DNA of 37,912 bases from a virus: IMG/VR virus record IMGVR_UViG_3300022746_000010, positions 1 to 37,912 of that record; one strand, 5' to 3'. The notes beneath the pieces were generated by a model. It worked only from the letters and a program-made list of their open reading frames with translations. It made no database searches and was not told the DNA's origin. Of the stretch, positions 31,351 through 37,912 are shown in pieces (the first letter of the stretch is position 1; the number at the start of each line of letters is the position of its first letter). The position numbers and the translations under genes are program-made.

Positions 31351-32280
31351 TTACTGGATCGACAAGTTAAATTCGTCGTTTCCTGCAGTGCTCGGCGTCA
31401 TCACGTAGCCGATCTGCAGCATTTGAACGCCGTTGTTGTCGGTGTACGTAGGCTGCAGCAAATCGACCGTGCTGGACGACAGGATGATTTTGTTGCCAGC
31501 AGTCGTGCCGTGTGTGATCGACAACGCGCCAAGGCCGTTCGCCAGTGCAGTGGTGAACCAGTCTTTCGTCGCGATGGTGTTGGCTTCGAACGTGACCTGG
31601 CCAGCGGCCTTGCGGTCGGTGATCTGGGCGTACTGCGTGCCGATCAGTGTGCGGTAGTCCACCTGGTTGCCCAACTGGAACGACAGGTCTTGCAACACGG
31701 GGGTGGCGCCGAAGAAACTGAAAGCCGGTGTGTTTGTGCTGTTGGCCACCAGTGGGGTCTGGAAGCTGCTGTAAGACACGGTCGGCAGTGCGGTGTCGGT
31801 AGGCGCGTTGTAAATGCCCACGAACTTGAATTTGAACACGGGGATTTGCGCGCTGTTGATCGTTAGTTCGACGTTGCCGCGCGAACCGGTGATCTTGTGC
31901 AAGACGCCGTCGACGTTGAAATAAATCGTTGCGCTTTCGAAGGCCGACGAAACAGGTTTGTAGTCGACCTTAGTGCTGGCCGTGATGTTTTCGGACAAGC
32001 CGCATGCACGAAGCAGAACACCATATCCAGGCGCAGTGCCAGCAGCGCCAGAACCAGCGGCTTCGACTTCGAAGTCAAGTTCGACGTGGGTGCTGGCCTC
32101 GAGTTGTTCGAAGTTGCCCAAGAACGGACGGATGATTTCGCGACCGACCAGCTGCGTGGCTTGCGGCTGCACGTTCAGGTTTCGAATCAGGATCGCGTTC
32201 GTCGCACCAGTCGGGGTGCTGTCGACGCCGTAGGTGGTTTCAATCTTCGCGAGAATTACGCGTTTTCTGGTTAATAGCAT
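31351..32280 (-). CDS. Major tail tube protein
   Basis: I prefer ATG at 32280 (TGATATG junction, GAAGG upstream). The ORF-track GTG is at 32289. About 309 aa, beta-rich, positioned before the chaperone pair. Confidence 0.68.
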   Translation of the reverse strand: MLLTRKRVILAKIETTYGVDSTPTGATNAILIRNLNVQPQATQLVGREIIRPFLGNFEQLEASTHVELDFEVEAAGSGAAGTAPGYGVLLRACGLSENITASTKVDYKPVSSAFESATIYFNVDGVLHKITGSRGNVELTINSAQIPVFKFKFVGIYNAPTDTALPTVSYSSFQTPLVANSTNTPAFSFFGATPVLQDLSFQLGNQVDYRTLIGTQYAQITDRKAAGQVTFEANTIATKDWFTTALANGLGALSITHGTTAGNKIILSSSTVDLLQPTYTDNNGVQMLQIGYVMTPSTAGNDEFNLSIQ

Positions 32281-32281
32281 A

Positions 32282-32437
32282 TCAGGCACCTTCGGCGGTT
32301 ACGGGTTGTTCTGCAGGAACCTGGGCTGGCTCCACGTTGTCCTGGCTGGCGGCCTCTTGCGTGCGCTCGATCAGCGTGCGTGCGCCCGTTTTCGGGTCGA
32401 CGTTGTAGCTGCCACCAAATCCTTCGAATTCGTCCAT
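32282..32437 (-). CDS. Small hypothetical protein (51 aa)
   Basis: Hand-translated: MDEFEGFGGSYNVDPKTGARTLIERTQEAASQDNVEPAQVPAEQPVTAEGA. GAGG lies 8 nt upstream. Confidence 0.4.
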   Translation of the reverse strand: MDEFEGFGGSYNVDPKTGARTLIERTQEAASQDNVEPAQVPAEQPVTAEGA

Positions 32438-32447
32438 ATTCTAAACC

Positions 32448-32876
32448 TCAAAGCGTTGTCTGATCTGTCAGGCTCGTTTTGTAGAGCACATTGTATTCGC
32501 AAGTGACGACACCTGCGGCCTGGTCTGCCTCGATCATTTCAAACGAAACGCCGTTCGGGTGAATGTCGTAAGACAGGCCACCCAGTGTCAGGTCCTGCAT
32601 CATCTTCGCGTGCAGGCTGGCGACGATGGGATCAGCCGCCTGGTCGGGCACCGGTGAACGCACCAGCACCATGACGGCGACGGTCAGCGTCCAGTCCAGT
32701 CGGGGAATTGTTGTCTGCGCAGCTTGGTCTTGGCGCGGTTCGACAATGACGGCGGGCGATTCGCCACGCGCGATGGGTTCGACGCGGCTGCGGTAGACGC
32801 GGCCATTCACGCCACCGTCAACGCTTTGCAGCTGGGTGACGATCTGCGCCAGGATTGCTTCGCGACGGGTCGTCAT
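32448..32876 (-). CDS. Tail terminator / tail completion-type protein (DUF3168-like pattern)
   Basis: 142 aa. N-terminal R.AIL..IV.QL....G..GRVYRSRV.P. ATGA overlap with the upstream gene. Confidence 0.5.
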   Translation of the reverse strand: MTTRREAILAQIVTQLQSVDGGVNGRVYRSRVEPIARGESPAVIVEPRQDQAAQTTIPRLDWTLTVAVMVLVRSPVPDQAADPIVASLHAKMMQDLTLGGLSYDIHPNGVSFEMIEADQAAGVVTCEYNVLYKTSLTDQTTL

Positions 32877-33148
32877 GTCTTACTCAAGAAAATCTGTGCG
32901 AACAGGCCGTCGTCAATTAGACGGCATTCGCGCACGGTGTACGCGGCGCCATTGATGGTCAGCGCGTCGCCGTATTTTTTAGAACCGAACTCGCTGGCCA
33001 AAATGGTCAGCGTGTAGTCGGTGGTCAACACCATGCCGCCTGCGATGATTTCCGAAGGCATGTCCAGCACGCCTTTGCCCGTCACCGTTCCGTCGGTAAC
33101 AGGGACACCGAAATCATTCAAAAAGACGGCAGGGCTTTCGGTAATCAC
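32873..33148 (-). CDS. Head-tail joining protein (gpFII / Phage_attach-like pattern)
   Basis: 91 aa. Pattern: FLNDFGVPV....G.GVLD.........TL....EF......GD.LTING..YTV.E...IDDG. Confidence 0.55.
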   Translation of the reverse strand: MITESPAVFLNDFGVPVTDGTVTGKGVLDMPSEIIAGGMVLTTDYTLTILASEFGSKKYGDALTINGAAYTVRECRLIDDGLFAQIFLSKT

Positions 33149-33324
33149 TTGGCTTCGTCGCCTGCTGGTTCGGTTTGCTTGGCAGCCTTCTTGGGCTTCT
33201 CTGCGGGTTCGATGGCGTTTGCGTAGGCTTCGGCCTGGTCTTCATCCAAGTCGACAACGTCGCCGCTGTGGAACACGTCTTTGCCGATCTTCACGGCGAA
33301 TTGGTCGCGAACGATGAACTTCAT
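33145..33324 (-). CDS. Small hypothetical protein (59 aa)
   Basis: Hand-translated: MKFIVRDQFAVKIGKDVFHSGDVVDLDEDQAEAYANAIEPAEKPKKAAKQTEPAGDEAK. GTGA overlap with the next gene. The SD is weak. Confidence 0.4.
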   Translation of the reverse strand: MKFIVRDQFAVKIGKDVFHSGDVVDLDEDQAEAYANAIEPAEKPKKAAKQTEPAGDEAK

Positions 33325-33344
33325 GTTTTGCTTTCGGGGTGGCT

Positions 33345-33373
33345 AGGGAAAAGGGGCGGCACTGCCGCCCCTT
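33345..33373 (-). terminator. Strong hairpin just downstream of the capsid gene (partial terminator or RNA stabiliser)
   Basis: Minus strand reads AAGGGGCGGC-AGT-GCCGCCCCTT followed by TTCCCT. The T-run is short. Confidence 0.55.
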
Positions 33374-33387
33374 CACTCACCTGCTGA

Positions 33388-35397
33388 TTAGGCAGTCAAT
33401 GCGTCAGTCATTGCAGAGAACGACTTGGCGTGGCGCAAGCCCATGTCAACAGACTGCAAGGCGCGGATGTCCACGCTGCCGTTGTTGTAGCCAGAACCGT
33501 ATGGGTTAGGCAGGACTTCCAAAACGCCCCACTCGCCGATGATCAATTCAGACCAGTTGCCGAACAAGACAGCAGACGCGACGCCGGAGGCGGTGCCCTT
33601 TGTCAATGTGCTAGACACTTGGTTCGAACGACCGAAGGTGTAGCCGTTGATCTCGCCAGGGGTGCCAGAACGCTGGCCGCCTGGGTAGTCGGTCCACAGG
33701 TACTGGCCGGTGGTCGACTTGAGTTTCTTCAAGGCGCCGACGACTTTGCTGTTCGACAAGTAGGCCAGGTTGCCTTCGTCCGCGTTGGCTGTGGTCACTT
33801 GGGTTTCCAAGTCGATCAGGTGGTCAATGGTGATGGCTGCACCGTTGGTGCCGCCAGCCACAGAACCGATGCCGCTGGTGTTCAAAATGCCAGTGGGCTG
33901 ACCGTTTGAACCAGTGCCTGCGATAGCTGCCAAGTCGATGGCCAAGGCCAACTGTGCTGCCAAGTCGCTGCGAACGATCATTTCGATGTCCGGTGTCGAC
34001 TGCATCATCATGTTGCGGGTCATCTGGCTGCGTGCGCCAACAGTCTTGGGCGACAAGCTGAGTTTGTCGAAGGCTGCTTCGGCTTCAGTCACGTCTGCAC
34101 CTTCCGACACCCAGTAGGTGGTGGTGGCGCTGGTTTGACGTGGGATGTCCACGTTGCCGACCAAGCCGGACAACATGCGGGCGCCCAACTGAACCACGCG
34201 GGCCTTGTTGCGCAACACTTCGATGAACTCGGAAGCCAACAAGTTGGTGGCCACCAAGGTGCCGCCAGTAGTGCCAGAACCGGCTGTACCGACAGCGTAG
34301 GCGCCAGACGATGCGTTTCGCATGCTGATGTTCATTGGCATGAAGAAACCGGCGGTGTCTTTGCCGCTGCGCTTGGCGATGGCTTCGGAACATGCACGCT
34401 CGAAACCGGCATCTTTCCAGTTGCCAGTCACTTGGGCGCGGATGGCGCGAACCAGGCTGTACTCTTGCTTTTCCTTGTCAGTCAAAGGCAGATCGGATGC
34501 GCCTTCGGTGACAGGGGTGCGCTTTGCGTCGGCGATCTTGTCCAAGAAAGCGGCGCGGGCTTCGTCGATAGAACGGCCACCTTCGACCAAGCTGCGTGCC
34601 AGGTCTTCGTTGCCGAACTTTTTGCCCAAGGCGTCGATGGTTGCGATGCGTGCGCGCTCGGCTGCAATAGCCTCGCCCTGCACGAGTTTGATGTCAACGG
34701 CTGGTGCAGCCGCAGTGTTTTCTTGCGTCATTGTGACCTCTGGAGGATTTGCTGCGGCAGCAGCGGGTTGGTGATCACGACGTACAAGTACGTCGCGTTC
34801 TTCCGCAGTCACAGACCGACCGACACCGATGGACGGGTCGGCTGGCACTGTAACCAGCGAAATTTCGTAAGGCGTCCAACTGGTCGCCGTATATGTGGGG
34901 ATGTCCGATTTTGCGTCGGTGATGTCCATTTCGTTCACGCGGTAGCCGAACGACACGTTCCGCATGATCTTGTCGTTCACCATGCCCATGCACTCGTCGG
35001 CCTGGGGCGTGTTCGCGAAACGCACGGTACACATGCCGCGCTTCGTCTTCGTGTCGATGCTGGCTTTCTCGATCACGCCGATGATGTCGTCCATGTTGTG
35101 GTTGAACAGCAGCGGGGCGCCATCGTTCAAGCGCGACAAGTCGGCAGCGCCAGCGGCGTGCGACAGCACTTCGTTGCCGAACCAGCGTTCGACGGGGTAT
35201 TCGCTGCTGAAGCTGAACGACAGCGTGCGGGTGTCCTGGTCGACCGCCAGGTCGCCTTCGGACATCGCGCGCACCAGCTGCGGCAGCTTAAAGCGCAGCT
35301 GGCCGTCCACCTCGGTGAACTCCACTTCGCGCTTGGCTTCAGGCGTGGCTTCGACAGGTTTTGCCTGCCACGGCATTGCGTGTGCTTGTTTTGTCAT
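33388..35397 (-). CDS. Prohead serine protease (S78/HK97 gp4-like) - linker - HK97-fold major capsid protein, as a single ORF
   Basis: 669 aa. Protease motifs LLFNHNMDDIIGV and NVSFGYRV. An Ala-rich/coiled linker follows. Capsid region: LVRAIRA...GFFMP... and LAIDLAAIAGTGSNGQPTGILN. Confidence 0.9.
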   Translation of the reverse strand: MTKQAHAMPWQAKPVEATPEAKREVEFTEVDGQLRFKLPQLVRAMSEGDLAVDQDTRTLSFSFSSEYPVERWFGNEVLSHAAGAADLSRLNDGAPLLFNHNMDDIIGVIEKASIDTKTKRGMCTVRFANTPQADECMGMVNDKIMRNVSFGYRVNEMDITDAKSDIPTYTATSWTPYEISLVTVPADPSIGVGRSVTAEERDVLVRRDHQPAAAAANPPEVTMTQENTAAAPAVDIKLVQGEAIAAERARIATIDALGKKFGNEDLARSLVEGGRSIDEARAAFLDKIADAKRTPVTEGASDLPLTDKEKQEYSLVRAIRAQVTGNWKDAGFERACSEAIAKRSGKDTAGFFMPMNISMRNASSGAYAVGTAGSGTTGGTLVATNLLASEFIEVLRNKARVVQLGARMLSGLVGNVDIPRQTSATTTYWVSEGADVTEAEAAFDKLSLSPKTVGARSQMTRNMMMQSTPDIEMIVRSDLAAQLALAIDLAAIAGTGSNGQPTGILNTSGIGSVAGGTNGAAITIDHLIDLETQVTTANADEGNLAYLSNSKVVGALKKLKSTTGQYLWTDYPGGQRSGTPGEINGYTFGRSNQVSSTLTKGTASGVASAVLFGNWSELIIGEWGVLEVLPNPYGSGYNNGSVDIRALQSVDMGLRHAKSFSAMTDALTA

Positions 35398-35401
35398 GGG
35401 C

Positions 35402-35788
35402 TTATTGTAGCTGTTCGATGAAGTAAATCGTGTCGTCGATGAACGAAGTCGCTTCGTCGATCAGGTTCTGGATTTCAGAACGCTGGTCGACTTCGGTGCG
35501 GGTTTCGTCCACGAACGCCAGCAGTGCGGCCAGGAATTCCAGCACCGCTTCTTTGCTGCCGTCTTGTGGCGGGTTCACATAGCCATCAGGATAGCCGACG
35601 ATGATCTGTCGATTGCGGCCCTGCCACGTTTCGGCGATGCTGTCGGCCTTGTCGATGATGCCTTTGTAGAAATCATCCAGCGCTTTGTGGCGCGCGAAGC
35701 TGCCGACACCCTGGCACTGCAGGTGCAGCACATGGGCTGCCGTGCCTGCGTGCATCAGCGTGATGATTAGTTTTGCAATAGCTTCCAT
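35402..35788 (-). CDS. Dps-like mini-ferritin (four-helix-bundle pattern with conserved ferroxidase ligands)
   Basis: 128 aa. H22-x11-H34-x14-D49-x3-E53 reproduces the E. coli Dps H51/H63/D78/E82 spacing. DKADSIAE matches DHLDTMAE, and C-terminal IYFIEQ matches LWFIES. Confidence 0.7.
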   Translation of the reverse strand: MEAIAKLIITLMHAGTAAHVLHLQCQGVGSFARHKALDDFYKGIIDKADSIAETWQGRNRQIIVGYPDGYVNPPQDGSKEAVLEFLAALLAFVDETRTEVDQRSEIQNLIDEATSFIDDTIYFIEQLQ

Positions 35789-35797
35789 ATGGCGCGG

Positions 35798-35826
35798 ATT
35801 ATCAGGTCAGTGAATCAACTGGTCAA
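35798..35826 (-). promoter_or_regulatory. Sigma70-like promoter candidate in front of the Dps-like gene
   Basis: Minus strand reads TTGACC, a 17-nt spacer, then GATAAT. The -10 ends 9 nt before the ATG and there is no SD, so the mRNA would be near-leaderless. Confidence 0.4.
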
Positions 35827-35842
35827 ATTGTAAGCCGTGAAC

Positions 35843-37429
35843 TTAGGTGGCATCCGATGATGCGTCGGCACTTTCGTCTTCGGCTGGCGCTGCTGCTGCG
35901 TCGTCGGTTGCGTCACCAGGCGCAGCTTCTTCGGCTGCGACAGCAGGCGCCACAGTTGCCTGCAGCTGCCCCTTGTCGTCGACCTGCGCCGTGTCGGTGT
36001 CGAACACCAGGCCCATGCCTTCGGCCATTTCGACTTCGCGCCGACGTTGCTCGAGCACTTCCTCGATGTCGCCGCCAGACTGGGCGATCACTTCGGACTG
36101 GGTCATAAAACCGCAGCGCACCGCGTCTTTGTAAGCGGCCACTTCTTTCGCGGGGTCCACCCACGACCAGCCGCGCGGCATCCAGCGCACAGCGCGGTAG
36201 GCGTCGGGGTTGATCTCATAGCCTGGCAGGTCCAACGCGCCAGACAAAACGGCCATGTCCAGCCATTCCTCGAAAACGCGCTGGTGGAAATTCTGGATCA
36301 TCCAGGCTTGCAGTGAACGCCAGTTGTCGCGGTCGTCCAACAAGGCCAGTCGGCTGCTGCTGTAGTTCGACTGCGAATAGTCCTTGCTCAGTGTCTCATA
36401 CGAAACACCCACGCCAGCGGCCACGGCACGCAGCTGGGCGCGCACGAACGGGTCGTAATTGCCGCCAGGACGGTTCGGCACGAATTCCTTGAATGTCTCG
36501 CCAGGGCCAAGCGCTTCGATCTTGCCTGGGCTGAAATCCGAAACGCGCTGGTTGTCCTGCACACCGTCGTCTTGCAGTTCGCCGTCGGGCGTCTGGATGA
36601 AACCCATGATCGACGCACTGGCGCGCGCGGCCACGACTTCGGCTTCTTCGAAACCGGCCACCTGGTGCATGCGCTTCAGCGCAGACGCGAACCACGGCAC
36701 GCCACGGGTCTGGCCTGGGCGTTCATGCTTGTAAAGGTGGATGATCTCGTCGGCGTCGACGCGCTTGTACTTCGACAGTTCGACCGTTTTGAAAAGGTAA
36801 TCGCCTGGATGGTACGGGTAAAACCAGTATGCGACCGGACGGCCCCATTCGTTCTTCTCGACACCCATGCGGATGATGTTGCCATTGTCGGCAGTGCCGT
36901 TGCGCTCGTCCATCAGCTGGTCGGATTCGATCACTTCCAGCGCCAGCGGCACGGGTGACGTGCCGAACGCAGTGCCACGCACCATGCGCACCAGCACTTC
37001 GCCGTTTTCGGCAGCCGATGTGATCAGCAAGCGCTCGATGTCGCTGAAATTCAGCAGGCCAGCGGTGTGGCAGTTCTGCGCCTTGCACCACTGTGCCCAG
37101 GCGTTTTCGATGGCTTCGTTCACGGCCTGGTTCATCACCTTGCCGTTGCGCTGGCGGGTCATCTTGACCTGCATTTGCATGTTCACGCCAGTGCCGATCA
37201 CGTTGTTCTGGATCGCGCGCAGTGCGTTCTTCACCCAGTCGTTGTCACGCGCCAGCTGGCGGGTTCGGTTGCGCAACACGCGCAAGCTGCTGCGAATTTC
37301 GCTGTCCTGGCTGGTGCCGATGCTGGCGTTCCAGTCGTTGGTCAAGCGGTTGAACGTCGCGCCGCCGAACATGCGTTTGCCAGCCTTCTTGGGCTGGTCG
37401 CCCTTTTTGCCGAATGGCCAAAATTTCAT
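35843..37429 (-). CDS. Portal protein, lambda (gpB) family
   Basis: 528 aa. N-terminal pattern: NRLTNDWNAS...LRVLRNRTRQLARDNDWVKNALRAIQNNVIGTGV. AAGGGGC-AACC-ATG start. Acidic C-terminal tail. Confidence 0.92.
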   Translation of the reverse strand: MKFWPFGKKGDQPKKAGKRMFGGATFNRLTNDWNASIGTSQDSEIRSSLRVLRNRTRQLARDNDWVKNALRAIQNNVIGTGVNMQMQVKMTRQRNGKVMNQAVNEAIENAWAQWCKAQNCHTAGLLNFSDIERLLITSAAENGEVLVRMVRGTAFGTSPVPLALEVIESDQLMDERNGTADNGNIIRMGVEKNEWGRPVAYWFYPYHPGDYLFKTVELSKYKRVDADEIIHLYKHERPGQTRGVPWFASALKRMHQVAGFEEAEVVAARASASIMGFIQTPDGELQDDGVQDNQRVSDFSPGKIEALGPGETFKEFVPNRPGGNYDPFVRAQLRAVAAGVGVSYETLSKDYSQSNYSSSRLALLDDRDNWRSLQAWMIQNFHQRVFEEWLDMAVLSGALDLPGYEINPDAYRAVRWMPRGWSWVDPAKEVAAYKDAVRCGFMTQSEVIAQSGGDIEEVLEQRRREVEMAEGMGLVFDTDTAQVDDKGQLQATVAPAVAAEEAAPGDATDDAAAAPAEDESADASSDAT

Positions 37430-37438
37430 GGTTGCCCC

Positions 37439-37912
37439 TTAAAAACGCACGTAAAGCGCGCGCGGATTGCCCAAGCCTTGCGCGATTTTCTGCGCCTGGC
37501 GTTCACGCACCACGATGGTTTTGTAGCGCGACTGCATTTCCAACAGGTCGCGCATGGGCGTTTTCTTCAGTGAACGGTTGCCGATTGTGTATTCCTCGGA
37601 CATGCCGCCATTCAGTCGGGCGGTGATCTCGGCATTGATCGCGTCCAGCGCGATCTCGGACGGTGTGCGGCCATCGAACGCGCCAGGCGTGCCGGTGAAC
37701 GCCATGTCCGCGATGATTTTGATCTGACCAGTGCCGATGGTGATGCGCTGGGTGCCCTTGGTCACGCTGGCCTGCCAGTAGAACTGGCCAGGTGTCAGCG
37801 TTGCGGACTGTGCGGCGGTGATCGTGGTCGACCAGCCTGGACCGTTGGCCGAAGCCACCAGGTCAAGCGCCTGCGCGCCGCGAATGAAGTAATGCAGCGC
37901 CCAGTCTGCGCT
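37439..37912 (-). CDS. C-terminal part of the wrap-around gpW-like gene (see 1..208)
   Basis: The C-terminal NGGMSEEYTIGNRSLKKTPMRDLLEMQSRYKTIVVRE resembles the gpW head-tail joining family. The frame is open to the window edge. Confidence 0.65.
   Translation of the reverse strand, partial: SADWALHYFIRGAQALDLVASANGPGWSTTITAAQSATLTPGQFYWQASVTKGTQRITIGTGQIKIIADMAFTGTPGAFDGRTPSEIALDAINAEITARLNGGMSEEYTIGNRSLKKTPMRDLLEMQSRYKTIVVRERQAQKIAQGLGNPRALYVRF
37792..37912. repeat. Terminal direct repeat, right copy (identical to 1..121)
   Basis: Read directly from the sequence. Confidence 0.95.

Larger units (their letters stand above)
1..37912. mobile_element. Complete temperate siphovirus-type phage genome, circularly closed contig (unit length 37,791 bp)
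   Basis: The window holds full sets of packaging, head, tail, lysis, replication and integration genes. attP is intact. The two ends carry an exact 121-bp overlap. Confidence 0.9.

Overview
The window is a complete, circularly closed genome of a temperate tailed phage. It is siphovirus-type with lambda/HK97-like morphogenesis genes. Bases 1-121 are repeated exactly at 37792-37912, so the unit length is 37,791 bp. GC is roughly 60%, apart from a few AT-rich islands. I call about 60 protein genes and find no rRNA, no complete tRNA and no CRISPR array.

Almost everything is on the minus strand as one co-directional stream:
- Early/replication operon (12881 down to 3733): SF2 helicase, atypical SSB ending DDDIPF, VRR-NUC nuclease, Toprim primase fused to a VirE-like NTPase, and many small ORFs chained by ATGA stop-start overlaps.
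- Late operon, head part (3473 down to 1, wrapping to 37912): gp10-like protein, TerS, GpA-type TerL, a gpW-like gene that wraps the contig junction, lambda-type portal, a Dps-like mini-ferritin, a prohead-protease/major-capsid fusion and connectors.
- Late operon, tail part: tail tube, a G/GT chaperone pair with an A_AAA_AAC -1 slip site, tape measure, M/L/K-like tail-tip proteins, a fused gpI-gpJ central fibre with an Fn3 array, and a side fibre with a low-GC central patch.
- Late operon, end (down to 17065): an uncharacterised membrane-protein cluster, holin, Rz with embedded Rz1, and a GH108 endolysin.

The plus strand carries a PD-(D/E)XK exonuclease, a Sak4-like ATPase and an Xis-like HTH protein. 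These are followed by attP (the 3' part of tRNA-Lys(UUU) flanked by arm-type repeats), a P4-type tyrosine integrase and a small zinc-ribbon gene.

The most unusual items:
- the Dps-like gene inside the head module;
- the six-gene membrane/lipoprotein cluster between the fibre and lysis genes;
- a 240-bp iteron plus (TA)6 region after the primase gene;
- the absence of any CI-like repressor gene at the divergent control region;
- eight proteins ending in Ala-Ala.

All family assignments are motif-level recognition by eye, because no database search was possible.
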